From an uncultured Anaerolineales bacterium (lineage in GTDB: Bacteria > Chloroflexota > Anaerolineae > B4-G1), in NCBI GenBank assembly GCA_964568065.1, contig CAZMOT010000003.1, positions 1 through 58,280 on the forward strand: a DNA stretch of 58,280 nt, in the 5' to 3' direction. How positions within the stretch are numbered: position 1 is the first letter of the stretch; each line of letters begins with the position of its first letter. A program made the position numbers and the translations under genes. The notes under the pieces were generated by a model. The model saw only the letters and a program-made list of their open reading frames with translations, searched no databases and had not been told where the DNA came from. This document shows, in pieces, positions 35,830 through 44,059 of the stretch.

Positions 35830-35883
35830 TACAGCCCGGCGGGGATGAGTTGTCGGTGGATTTGACGAGGCTGGTCTGCCTGT

Positions 35884-36435
35884 ATGCGCGAGTTGAGTCT
35901 GCACATTCTGGACGCCCTGGAGAACTCGCTGGAAGCGGGGGCTACTGTCATTGAATTGATCGTTGAGGAAGACTTAGCTCTGGATCGGCTGACCATCATC
36001 ATTCGAGACAACGGTCGAGGGATGAGCGAGGCTCAACTGGCTCGCATTTTTGATCCCTTCTTCACCACGCGCAGCACGCGCCACGTTGGACTAGGTATTC
36101 CTCTCTTCAAAGCTGCCGCAGAACGCTGCAATGGGGATTTGACCATCACCTCGCAGTTGGAGGAGGGCACCACACTTCAAGCTACCTTCCAGCATAGCCA
36201 CATTGACCGCGCTCCCCTGGGCGACATGACAGGGACGCTGTTGGCGATTATCCTGTCGGGGTCGTGTGATGTGCATTATGTCCATCGGGCGGATGCCCAC
36301 CCGACGGGTGGAGGTGAGTTCGAATTTCACACAGCAGACATGCGAGCCGAGTTGGGGGAAGTACCGCTGACGCACCCGGCGGTGCGGAAGTGGCTGCAGG
36401 AGTTCATCGCCGAGGGAGAAAAAGAGTTGAGGTGA
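35884..36435 (+). CDS. GHKL/HATPase-like ATP-binding protein (anti-sigma-factor / kinase-like)
   Basis: HILDALENSLEAGA (N box), RDNGRGM (G1) and GLGIPLF (G2). There is no HisKA domain. Confidence 0.7.
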   Translation: MRELSLHILDALENSLEAGATVIELIVEEDLALDRLTIIIRDNGRGMSEAQLARIFDPFFTTRSTRHVGLGIPLFKAAAERCNGDLTITSQLEEGTTLQATFQHSHIDRAPLGDMTGTLLAIILSGSCDVHYVHRADAHPTGGGEFEFHTADMRAELGEVPLTHPAVRKWLQEFIAEGEKELR

Positions 36436-36477
36436 TCCATCCTGCCTAACTCGGTAGATTTTAAGGAGGCAATCGCG

Positions 36478-37671
36478 ATGACAGGGGAGAGTCTGGATCT
36501 GGCTAGTGCCACATTTGATCATTCATTCCTCGAAGCCATTGATCCGTCGGCGAACTTGCAGAGCTGCATACAGTGTGGCACTTGTTCTGCCACCTGCCCT
36601 ACGGCCTATGCCATGGACTACTCGCCACGGCAGGTGTGGCGCATAGTACAACTGGGTATGCGGGACAAGGTGTTAAATAGCCGCACCTTCTGGCTTTGCA
36701 CAACCTGTAAATCGTGCCAAGTACACTGTCCGCGGGGCATTGATCTGATGGATGCCATGATCGCCCTGAAGGAGTATTCTATTGGCAAAGACATCAACGT
36801 CCCTGAAGGGATGAAGATGTTTGGGGAGACGGTGGCTACCAGCTACAACATCTCCGGCGACGATAACAAGGAGCGCCAGATTTGGAGTCAGAACCTCGAC
36901 CACATTCCGCGTGGCGTCAAGCCCCGCCGCAGGAAGGCCGAGGTTCTTTACTTCATCGGCTGTGTCAGTTCCTTCTACCCCCGCGTCTACAGCATCCCCC
37001 AGGCGCTTGTGCAGATTATGGAGCGGGCTGACGTGGAGTTCACCACGCTGGGTGGCGACGAGTGGTGCTGTGGCTATCCCCTTCACATTGCCGGCATGGG
37101 CGCTCCGCTGGCGAAGTTGGCTCAGCACAATGTCAAGAAGGCACGAGCCGTGGGGGCCAAGAAGGTCGTCTTTACCTGCCCCTCCTGCTATTACGCCTGG
37201 GCGCATCTTTACCCCGAGGTCGCGGATGTTTCCGGTATCCAGTTGCAGCACTCCACCGAGTTCCTGGTCGATCTGGTCGCTGGCGACGGGCTCGCCCTCG
37301 GGCCGGTGGAAGAGGTGGTCACCTACCACGACCCCTGCGACCTGGGTCGCAAAAGCGGGGTCTACGATGCACCTCGTGAGCTGTTGGCCCTTATTCCAGG
37401 GGTGGACTTCCGCGAGATGTCGGCCATCCGCGAGGATGCGATCTGCTGTGGCGGCGGTGGCGACGTCGAAATCTCTGACCGCACTGTCTCCGTTGGCGTT
37501 GCCGCGCAACGGATGGCTCAGGTACAGGCCACCGACGCCAGCTACGTCATCTCCGCCTGCCAGCAGTGTAAGCGGACGTTGCAAGAGGGAGCTCGCCAGA
37601 ACAGGATTCGCGTCAGAGCCATGGACGTCGTCGAGTTGCTGTGGAACTCCATGCAAGCCGCCGAGGCGTGA
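36478..37671 (+). CDS. HdrD-like (fused HdrC/HdrB-like) iron-sulfur protein with two [4Fe-4S] motifs and two CCG-type cysteine-rich domains
   Basis: CIQCGTCSATCP and CTTCKSCQVHCP. The first Cys-rich unit is FIGCVSSF...CCGYP...CPSC and the second is YHDPCDLGR...CCGGGG...CQQC. Confidence 0.78.
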   Translation: MTGESLDLASATFDHSFLEAIDPSANLQSCIQCGTCSATCPTAYAMDYSPRQVWRIVQLGMRDKVLNSRTFWLCTTCKSCQVHCPRGIDLMDAMIALKEYSIGKDINVPEGMKMFGETVATSYNISGDDNKERQIWSQNLDHIPRGVKPRRRKAEVLYFIGCVSSFYPRVYSIPQALVQIMERADVEFTTLGGDEWCCGYPLHIAGMGAPLAKLAQHNVKKARAVGAKKVVFTCPSCYYAWAHLYPEVADVSGIQLQHSTEFLVDLVAGDGLALGPVEEVVTYHDPCDLGRKSGVYDAPRELLALIPGVDFREMSAIREDAICCGGGGDVEISDRTVSVGVAAQRMAQVQATDASYVISACQQCKRTLQEGARQNRIRVRAMDVVELLWNSMQAAEA

Positions 37672-37716
37672 GAGCGGGGAGTTGGTGAGCAAGCTGATCC
37701 CGATTGGGTCACTATA

Positions 37717-38481
37717 GTGCGCTTCTTTCTCGCTGACCTGCACATTCATACTGTCCTCTCGGCCTGCGCCGAGGCGGAGATGCTCCCGGAGTTCATCGTG
37801 GAGCGCGCCCAGGAACTGAACCTGGGTTTGATCACTGTCACTGATCACAACTCCGCGGAGAACGCGGCGGCAGTGCTCGCCGCCGCCGAAGGGACAGGTA
37901 TCACGGTATTGCCAGGAATGGAGGTACAGACGCGGGAGGAGGTGCACCTGCTCTGTCTGTTCGACACCCTGGAGCAGGTTGGGCTCTGGCAGGAGGAAGT
38001 CTATGCCCATCTCCCTCCCCTGAAGAACGACGAGGATGTGTTTGGGGCGCAGGTGGTGCTCGACGCTGAGGGGAGCGTCGTGGGACGTAACGATCGGCTG
38101 CTTTTGACCTCGACCTCATTTTCAATGGAAGAAGTCGTCCGAAGAGTCCACGACTTGAACGGTTTGTGTATCCCGGCCCACGTGGACCGGCCTGCCTACA
38201 GCGTCATCGCCAATCTGGGTTTCATCCCACCTGATTTGGAGATCACGGGGGTAGAGATCTCTCCTCTCGTCGGCCCGAAGGAGGCGCGTGCTCGCTTCCC
38301 GCAGTTGGAGCGCTACAGCCTGGTGGCTGGCGGCGACGCGCACCGTCTGCGGGAGATGGCCCGGCGCACGACGTTAAAGCTGGCGGAGGCGACGGTGGCT
38401 GAGCTTTCCCTGGCCCTTGCCAGTGAGGGGGACAGGGGTATCTGGGTGGATGGTATTCAGTCGGTAGGAAAGGGAGCTTGA
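37717..38481 (+). CDS. PHP-domain (polymerase/histidinol-phosphatase-like) metal-dependent phosphoesterase
   Basis: GTG start. ADLHIHTVLSACAE, ITVTDHNS and IPAHVDRP motifs. Confidence 0.75.
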   Translation: MRFFLADLHIHTVLSACAEAEMLPEFIVERAQELNLGLITVTDHNSAENAAAVLAAAEGTGITVLPGMEVQTREEVHLLCLFDTLEQVGLWQEEVYAHLPPLKNDEDVFGAQVVLDAEGSVVGRNDRLLLTSTSFSMEEVVRRVHDLNGLCIPAHVDRPAYSVIANLGFIPPDLEITGVEISPLVGPKEARARFPQLERYSLVAGGDAHRLREMARRTTLKLAEATVAELSLALASEGDRGIWVDGIQSVGKGA

Positions 38482-38487
38482 GACTAT

Positions 38488-38883
38488 CTACCAGAGGATA
38501 CTCACCAAACCGGATTGAGTGATCAGTGCGTCACGAGTAAGCAGTTGGGCATTCCATCGCAGTGCCTCGGAGACGATCAGGCGATCGAAGATGTCGGGAA
38601 TGGCGGTCAAAGTCGCGCTACTCAGTACGGTCTCAACGGAGAGCGGTGGCAGATGACAGACCGAATCGCGTTGGAGGCTTTGGACTACCCGTTGCAGGTC
38701 AGCCAGAGTGGCTTGTACCCGGCCTTTCTCGATCACATGACCATCTCAGCTACCACAATCACGGGTATGACCAACGTGGCCTGGCCCATTCCCACTTGGG
38801 CCAATGCGGCGTGTGCCCGCGCACTCTGGTTTGGGTTGAAGAAATACCAGAGTATAACGTGTGTCGGCTACATAGGTGGGCAT
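38488..38883 (-). pseudogene. PIN-domain (VapC-like) toxin gene disrupted by at least two frameshifts
   Basis: I translated the minus strand by hand. ATG at 38883 gives MPTYVADT. After a frame change in an ACACAC run it reads HVILWYFFNPNQSARAHAALAQVGMGQATLVIPVIVVAEMVM-stop. After a second frame change it continues as the track ORF IEKGR...DIFDRLIVSEALRWNAQLLTRD...ILW. Confidence 0.65.
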
Positions 38884-39152
38884 TATTCTGCGTTTTCTGC
38901 AAGGTTGGATATCAGCGAGCGCCAATGTGTTTCCGCTGCTTCCTGAGTGATTGCTCCGATCTCTTAAGTTGGATCACCCAGCTCTTTCCAGATACCTTGC
39001 AGGGCCGCGAAATCACTGGCGGGTGTATCTTGTGCGTCGGGGAGGACGATCTCGACTAATAGGGGCGTCTCTTCGGGCAGAGGTAATGGCGTCAAGGGAT
39101 ATAAAATCCCCTGGCGATAGATCACGTTCACGGTAATGGTTGTTTGTGTCAT
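38883..39152 (-). pseudogene. DUF104-like antitoxin gene with an in-frame premature TAA
   Basis: MTQTTITVNVIYRQGILYPLTPLPLPEETPLLVEI is antitoxin-like. The TAA at 38964-38966 is followed in the same frame by 26 more sense codons (EIGAITQEAAETHWRSLISNLAENAE). These end in a TAATG stop/start overlap with the PIN gene. Confidence 0.55.
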
Positions 39153-39219
39153 AACTCACCTCGATTTGATTGTACACTATTCTTGTGGCGCTGTCAATGC
39201 ACTCGCCTGGGGATAGGCT

Positions 39220-40365
39220 GTGAGTCTGTGGATTGAGATCGCATATCAGAGTCTCGCCAGAGCCGGCGAAGATGTGTGTTCTGACGTGGTAAGAACCTCT
39301 CAAAACGAAGAGCGGTTTTTCGCTATCCTCGCCTGTGGCCCGCAGGGCGGCGCGGAGGGAAAAGCAAAGGCGACGCTGATAGCAGATAAGGCGGCTTCCA
39401 TGCTGGCACAAAGGACGTCGCTTGACCTTGACAAGGTGGTGGAGAACCTGCTCGCCGTCCTGCCCCAGGGCGAGTATGTGCCCTTTTCCATCCTCCAGGT
39501 TCTTGGGGGATGTCGGGCCTACGTGGTGGAATGTGACACCCCTCCCCTGTTTCTGACCCGTGGTGGACAACTGGTGTTGCTGCCCGTGCTGGAGGAAATC
39601 TCCCATGGGCATCTGATCCGCGAGTGCCGGTTCCTCCTGCGGGATGGCGATCACCTGGCGATGGTCAGCGAGGGCTACCTGCGCCCCCGGGGCTGGGGAT
39701 GGAGCTGGGCCGACGTCGCCGTCGCCGTGCGGCGTTGGACCGACACCCGCTGTGACGCCGACGAACTGTCGGGTGCGCTGGTGCGCACTTACCGCCGCCT
39801 GAACCCTGAAGCTCCCCGGCAGGATGTGACCATCGTCGCCATGCACATCCGGCCGGAGCGCCGCGCCACCGTCTGGACTGGCCCGCCGGCCGATCCGGCG
39901 CAGGACGAGGTGACGCTGGACAAGCTGATGGCCGAACAGGGTGCGCGCATTATCTGCGGCGACACGACCGCGCAGATAGCCGCCCGGCTGCTGGGGGCCA
40001 AACTGGAGTTGGAACCGCGCCCCGAGGACGGCACGGATAAAAGACATTCGTGGGCGGAGGTGCCACCCGTCGCGAACCTGGAGGGGGTGAGCCTGGTCAC
40101 GGAGGGGCTGGTGACGCTGGGTAAGGCGCGGGAACGGATGGACGGAGCGCAGCGGTTGCGCGACTTGCCCCGGGGCGAAGATGGTGCCACGCGCCTGGCT
40201 CGTGCGCTGCTGATCGCCGATAAGATACACTTCATCGTCGGCCTGGCGGTGAACCCGCAGCAGGCCGATGAATCCGGCACTGTCCCCTTGCGCCGGTTGG
40301 TGGTGGAGGAACTGATCCGCGCTCTGAAAGCAGAGGGAAAACTGGTATCGGTTGAGTATCTGTGA
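39220..40365 (+). CDS. SpoIIE/PP2C-like serine phosphatase family protein
   Basis: 381 aa with a GTG start. The N-terminal half (GEDVCSD...FAILACG...LLRDGDHLAMVSEG...TIVAMHI) follows the PP2C/SpoIIE pattern. The family call is from memory of similar proteins in hydrogenase/Nuo-like operons. Confidence 0.6.
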   Translation: MSLWIEIAYQSLARAGEDVCSDVVRTSQNEERFFAILACGPQGGAEGKAKATLIADKAASMLAQRTSLDLDKVVENLLAVLPQGEYVPFSILQVLGGCRAYVVECDTPPLFLTRGGQLVLLPVLEEISHGHLIRECRFLLRDGDHLAMVSEGYLRPRGWGWSWADVAVAVRRWTDTRCDADELSGALVRTYRRLNPEAPRQDVTIVAMHIRPERRATVWTGPPADPAQDEVTLDKLMAEQGARIICGDTTAQIAARLLGAKLELEPRPEDGTDKRHSWAEVPPVANLEGVSLVTEGLVTLGKARERMDGAQRLRDLPRGEDGATRLARALLIADKIHFIVGLAVNPQQADESGTVPLRRLVVEELIRALKAEGKLVSVEYL

Positions 40366-40404
40366 TCTATGGACGAGGAAATGAAGATGGAAGGTAAGCG
40401 TTCA

Positions 40405-40425
40405 CCCCTCCCACCCAGGGAGGGG
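40405..40425. repeat. G/C-rich palindromic element (CCCCTCCC-accca-GGGAGGGG)
   Basis: Perfect 8-bp inverted repeat. It is related in sequence to the element at 40512-40536. Confidence 0.6.
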
Positions 40426-40511
40426 CGGGTGGAGGGTAGAGTCCCGGCAACCTGGCAGGGATACTGCAAATTCAACCGGTATATGGGACGCAATCTTCAC
40501 CCCCCACCCCA

Positions 40512-40536
40512 CCCCTCCCCCTGACAGGGGGAGGGG
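40512..40536. repeat. G/C-rich palindromic element (CCCCTCCCCC-tgaca-GGGGGAGGGG)
   Basis: Perfect 10-bp inverted repeat, the second copy of the same motif within about 110 nt (REP-like). Confidence 0.6.
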
Positions 40537-40549
40537 GCGAACGGTTACG

Positions 40550-40791
40550 ATGGCAGTACGGTGTAATTTCTGTGGTAGCGATCTCTGCGAAGAAAGGAGA
40601 ATCGACTATACAGCTACAAAGGGAAATACTTGTTGGTGCCGAACACTCCTGTCGAGGTATGCCTCGACTGTGGAATGGTTTACTATGATGTGGCTGTTCT
40701 CAAGGAGATTGAGCGACGCTTCTTCGCCATTCACCACAAGACGGAGAAGCCAGATTGTTACATTCAAGTGCCAGCAGTGTCATACACTTAG
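40550..40791 (+). pseudogene. YgiT-type (MqsA N-terminal-like) zinc-finger protein gene with a frameshift
   Basis: Frame 1 reads MAVRCNFCGSDL.... Another frame then carries YSYKGKYLLVPNTPVEVCLDCGMVYYDVAVLKEIERRFFAIHHKTEKPDCYIQVPAVSYT-stop at 40789-40791. The frame break lies near the GAAGAAAGGAG run. Confidence 0.55.
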
Positions 40792-40848
40792 GATGATCAG
40801 GACACTGCAAAGGCCACGGCCAAGGCGAAGCGGCTGATCAGTTCGATC

Positions 40849-41311
40849 GTGGCGTGGATGGCCTATCAGGAGGCACTGGAAGCGCGTACGGAGCCGGTCA
40901 CCCAGGCGGTGCTCATCGCCGGCATCCAGGCTGCGTTGACGATAGCAGATGCTGGCTATCCGGTCTACCTGGTCGAGCGGGAGCCTTCCATCGGCGGGCA
41001 CATGGCCCAACTGGACAAGACCTTCCCCACCCTCGACTGTAGCACCTGAATTCTCGGCTCCAACCAAGATGATGGATGCCGGTCGGCATCCCAAGATCAC
41101 GCTCCTGAGCCACAGCGAGGTCGAGCAAGTTTCGGGCTACGTGGGCAACTTCAAGGTCAAAGCGCGCAAGAAGGCCCGCTACGTGGACGAGGAGAAGTGC
41201 ACCGGCTGCGGTATTTGCCGGATCGAGTGCATGACAAGACGTATCCCGCGCCTGAAACTGATCAAGATGGGTGAGATTAGCGTTGGGGAGAGGAGGCCCG
41301 GAGAACAATGA
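40849..41311 (+). pseudogene. hdrA: Relic of an HdrA N-terminus (FAD-binding part), carrying TGA 41047-41049, a +1 frameshift, a lost GxGxxG and a truncation
   Basis: Frame 1 reads ...[52 protein letters not shown]. The +1 frame reads APTKMMDAGRHPKITLLSHSEVEQVSGYVGNFKVKARKKARYVDEEKCTGCGIC. The canonical VIGGG segment is missing. The relic ends by overlapping the nuoE-like start. Confidence 0.6.
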
Positions 41312-41853
41312 GTGAGATTCCGGTAAGCGAGATTCTCGACCGCTATCCGGCGGACAGAACTTCCAGTCTGGCTGTCCTGGAGGACATCCAGGCGGAGTAC
41401 AAGTACTTGCCCCGCGAGGCTCTGGAAGAGACAGCCGAACGGCTGCATATGTACCTGAGCGAGGTCTACCAGATCGCCACCTTCTTCCGGGCCTTCAGCC
41501 TGGAGCCAAAGGGTGAACACATGATCAAAGTGTGCCTGGGCACAGCCTGTCACGTTGCTGGCGGCCCACGCCTCCTCGACCAACTGGAGAGGGATCTGGG
41601 CATCAAGGCGGGGGGCACAACGCCCGACGGAAAGTTCTCCCTCGAGGCGGTCCGTTGCGTGGGTGCCTGTGCTCTGAGTCCTCTAATCTTGGTGGATGAG
41701 GAGCCCCATAGCAATATGACACCCGCCAAGGCCAGCGAGCTCATTGCGAAGATGGCCAGCGCGGGGGAAAAGGTGGGGGTTACCGAGGCGCCAACGGCTG
41801 ATGTGTCTTCGCGAACGTCGGTAGATCTTTCGGGTGTTCCGCCCACGGGATAG
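41308..41853 (+). CDS. NuoE/HydC-like [2Fe-2S] subunit of an NADH-dependent (bifurcating-type) complex
   Basis: IQAEYKYLP..., CLGTACHVAGG and VRCVGACALSP motifs. Confidence 0.85.
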   Translation: MSEIPVSEILDRYPADRTSSLAVLEDIQAEYKYLPREALEETAERLHMYLSEVYQIATFFRAFSLEPKGEHMIKVCLGTACHVAGGPRLLDQLERDLGIKAGGTTPDGKFSLEAVRCVGACALSPLILVDEEPHSNMTPAKASELIAKMASAGEKVGVTEAPTADVSSRTSVDLSGVPPTG

Positions 41854-41870
41854 GTAAAGGAGAGAGTTCG

Positions 41871-42242
41871 ATGCCAAAACTCAAGAGTCTCGAAGAACTG
41901 CACAAGTTGCGTCAGCAACTGCAAAAAGACATCAAGGCCCGCACTGAGACGAGCACAACCATCACCGTGGGCGTGGGCACCTGCGGTATCTCGACCGGGG
42001 CACGCGAAGTGATGCAATCAATCCTCGCAGAGTTGGAGGCACGCGATATTGATGCTCACGTGACCACCACTGGTTGTATTGGCATGTGCTCCAAGGAGCC
42101 CCTGGTGGATATCCAGCAGGGCGATGAACTGCGCGTCACCTACGGCAACGTCACCCCGGTGATAGTGCCCCACCTGATCGAGGAACACCTGGTGCAGGGC
42201 AACGTGGTGACCGAATGGGTCATCGGACGAGTAGGAGGGTAG
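41871..42242 (+). CDS. Thioredoxin-like [2Fe-2S] ferredoxin (HydD-like)
   Basis: AAGGAG RBS. VGVGTCGISTGA and TGCIGMCSKEPLV motifs. Confidence 0.75.
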   Translation: MPKLKSLEELHKLRQQLQKDIKARTETSTTITVGVGTCGISTGAREVMQSILAELEARDIDAHVTTTGCIGMCSKEPLVDIQQGDELRVTYGNVTPVIVPHLIEEHLVQGNVVTEWVIGRVGG

Positions 42243-42252
42243 GAGGGATAAA

Positions 42253-44049
42253 ATGGCTGAACGATATCGTGTTGACGTGCTGGTCTGCACCTGCCCGGCC
42301 TGTACAAAGGCCGGCGGGCCAGAAATGCAGCAGGCCCTGGAAGCAGAGGTGGAACGGCGTGGTCTAGCAAATGAGGTACGGGGGGTTGAAACGGGCAGCC
42401 GTGGTTTCTGCTCCATGGGGCCTATCGTCATCATCCAGCCCGAAGGTATCCTGTACTGCCAGGTGCACGCTGCGGATGTACCGGAGCTGGTGGAGGAGAC
42501 GCTGGTCAAGGGACGCATCGTCGAGCGTCTGACGTACAAAGAGCCAGCGACCCACAAGGCCGTACCTCACTACAGCGAGATTCCCTTCTACGGCAAGCAG
42601 ATGCGCGTCGTACTGCGCAACTGCGGGCTGATCAACCCCCAGAATATCGAGGAGTATATCGCCGTCGGCGGCTACCAGGCGTTGGGTAAAGCGCTCACCT
42701 CAATGACCCCCGAGGAGGTTATCGAGGAGGTCAAGAAATCGGGGTTACGAGGCCGTGGTGGGGCTGGCTTCCCCACCGGCCGCAAGTGGGAGTTCACCCG
42801 CGATGCCCCAGGCGACGTCAAGTACATCGTCGCTAACGGTGACGAGGGCGACCCCGGCGCCTTCATGGATCGCAGCCTGATGGAGGGTGACCCGCACGCT
42901 ATCCTGGAGGGCATGACCATCGGTGCCTACGCCATCGGCGCGCATGAAGGCCATATCTACGTGCGCGACGAGTACCCCCTGGCGCTGCGAAATCTGAACA
43001 TCGCGATGGAGCAGGCACGGGAGTATGGCCTGCTGGGCCAGGACATCCTGGGATCGGAGTTCGACTTCGACATCGAGATCACCCGAGGCGCTGGCGCCTT
43101 CGTCTGCGGCGAGGAGACGGCGCTGCTGGCCTCTATCGAGGGCCATGCCGGTGATCCGCGGCCGCGACCGCCTTACCCAGCCCAAAGCGGCCTGTGGGGC
43201 AGGCCAACCAACATCAACAACGTCAAGTCCTGGGCCAATATCCCGGTCATTATCAACCGAGGTGCAGATTGGTTCAACCAGATCGGCACCGAAACTAGTA
43301 GAGGGACAATGATCTTCTCGCTGGTGGGCAAGGTCAACAACGCCGGGTTGGTCGAAGTGCCTATGGGTATCACGTTGCGGGAGTTGATCTTCGACATTGG
43401 TGAGGGCATCCGGGATGGCAAGCAGTTCAAGGCGGTGCAGACGGGTGGGCCATCGGGCGGCTGCATCCCGGAGAAACTGCTCGACCTGCCGATTGACTAC
43501 GAACATCTGAAAGAGGCGGGCTCAATCATGGGCTCCGGAGGCATGATCGTCATGGACGAGAACACCTGCATGGTGGACATCGCCCGTTACTTCCTCGACT
43601 TCCTCAAGGACGAATCGTGCGGCAAGTGCACGCCCTGCCGTGAGGGGATCAAGCAAATGCTGGCTATCCTGACCCGCATCGCCGAGGGGGAGGGGGAAAT
43701 GGCCGATCTGCAGGTGCTGGAGTCGCTGGCCCACGTGGTGAAAGACACCTCGCTGTGCGGCCTGGGCCAAACGGCACCCAACCCCGTCCTCAGCACGCTG
43801 CGCTATTTCCGCGATGAGTACGTGGCCCACATTGTAGACCACAACTGCCCGGCTGGTGTCTGTGAGGCGCTGATCGAGTACTACATCATCGAGGATCTGT
43901 GCACCGGCTGCGGAGTTTGCCTCCACAAGTGCCCCCAGGAGGCGATCAGCGGGGAGAAGAAAGAGCTACACGTCATTGACCAGGCGTTGTGTATCAAGTG
44001 CGGCGTCTGCCGTGATCTATGCAAATTCGACGCAGTCGCTGTGCGGTAG
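42253..44049 (+). CDS. NuoF/HydB-like NADH- and FMN-binding subunit with an N-terminal Trx-like [2Fe-2S] domain and a C-terminal 2x[4Fe-4S] ferredoxin domain
   Basis: GLRGRGGAGFPTGRKW (FMN site), ANGDEGDPGAF, ESCGKCTPCREG, CTGCGVCLHKCP and CIKCGVCRDLC. Confidence 0.88.
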   Translation: MAERYRVDVLVCTCPACTKAGGPEMQQALEAEVERRGLANEVRGVETGSRGFCSMGPIVIIQPEGILYCQVHAADVPELVEETLVKGRIVERLTYKEPATHKAVPHYSEIPFYGKQMRVVLRNCGLINPQNIEEYIAVGGYQALGKALTSMTPEEVIEEVKKSGLRGRGGAGFPTGRKWEFTRDAPGDVKYIVANGDEGDPGAFMDRSLMEGDPHAILEGMTIGAYAIGAHEGHIYVRDEYPLALRNLNIAMEQAREYGLLGQDILGSEFDFDIEITRGAGAFVCGEETALLASIEGHAGDPRPRPPYPAQSGLWGRPTNINNVKSWANIPVIINRGADWFNQIGTETSRGTMIFSLVGKVNNAGLVEVPMGITLRELIFDIGEGIRDGKQFKAVQTGGPSGGCIPEKLLDLPIDYEHLKEAGSIMGSGGMIVMDENTCMVDIARYFLDFLKDESCGKCTPCREGIKQMLAILTRIAEGEGEMADLQVLESLAHVVKDTSLCGLGQTAPNPVLSTLRYFRDEYVAHIVDHNCPAGVCEALIEYYIIEDLCTGCGVCLHKCPQEAISGEKKELHVIDQALCIKCGVCRDLCKFDAVAVR

Positions 44050-44059
44050 GAGAAGACCC

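Noticed and set aside
36673-38010. 445-aa minus-strand ORF
   Set aside because: It is antisense to the HdrD-like and PHP genes, whose Cys motifs and PHP motifs are unambiguous. The composition is low-complexity.
39013-40230. 405-aa minus-strand ORF
   Set aside because: It is antisense to the SpoIIE-like gene. The translation is Arg/Pro/Gly-rich with no motifs, which is typical of a shadow ORF in high-GC DNA. The plus-strand product has recognisable family features.
41047-41049. TGA as a functional selenocysteine codon in an intact gene
   Set aside because: A +1 frameshift lies 7-8 nt downstream, the GxGxxG motif is lost, and the ORF is truncated after about 150 codons. A functional selenoprotein is therefore unlikely unless several of these lesions are sequencing errors. 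The observation is kept as a finding about ancestry.
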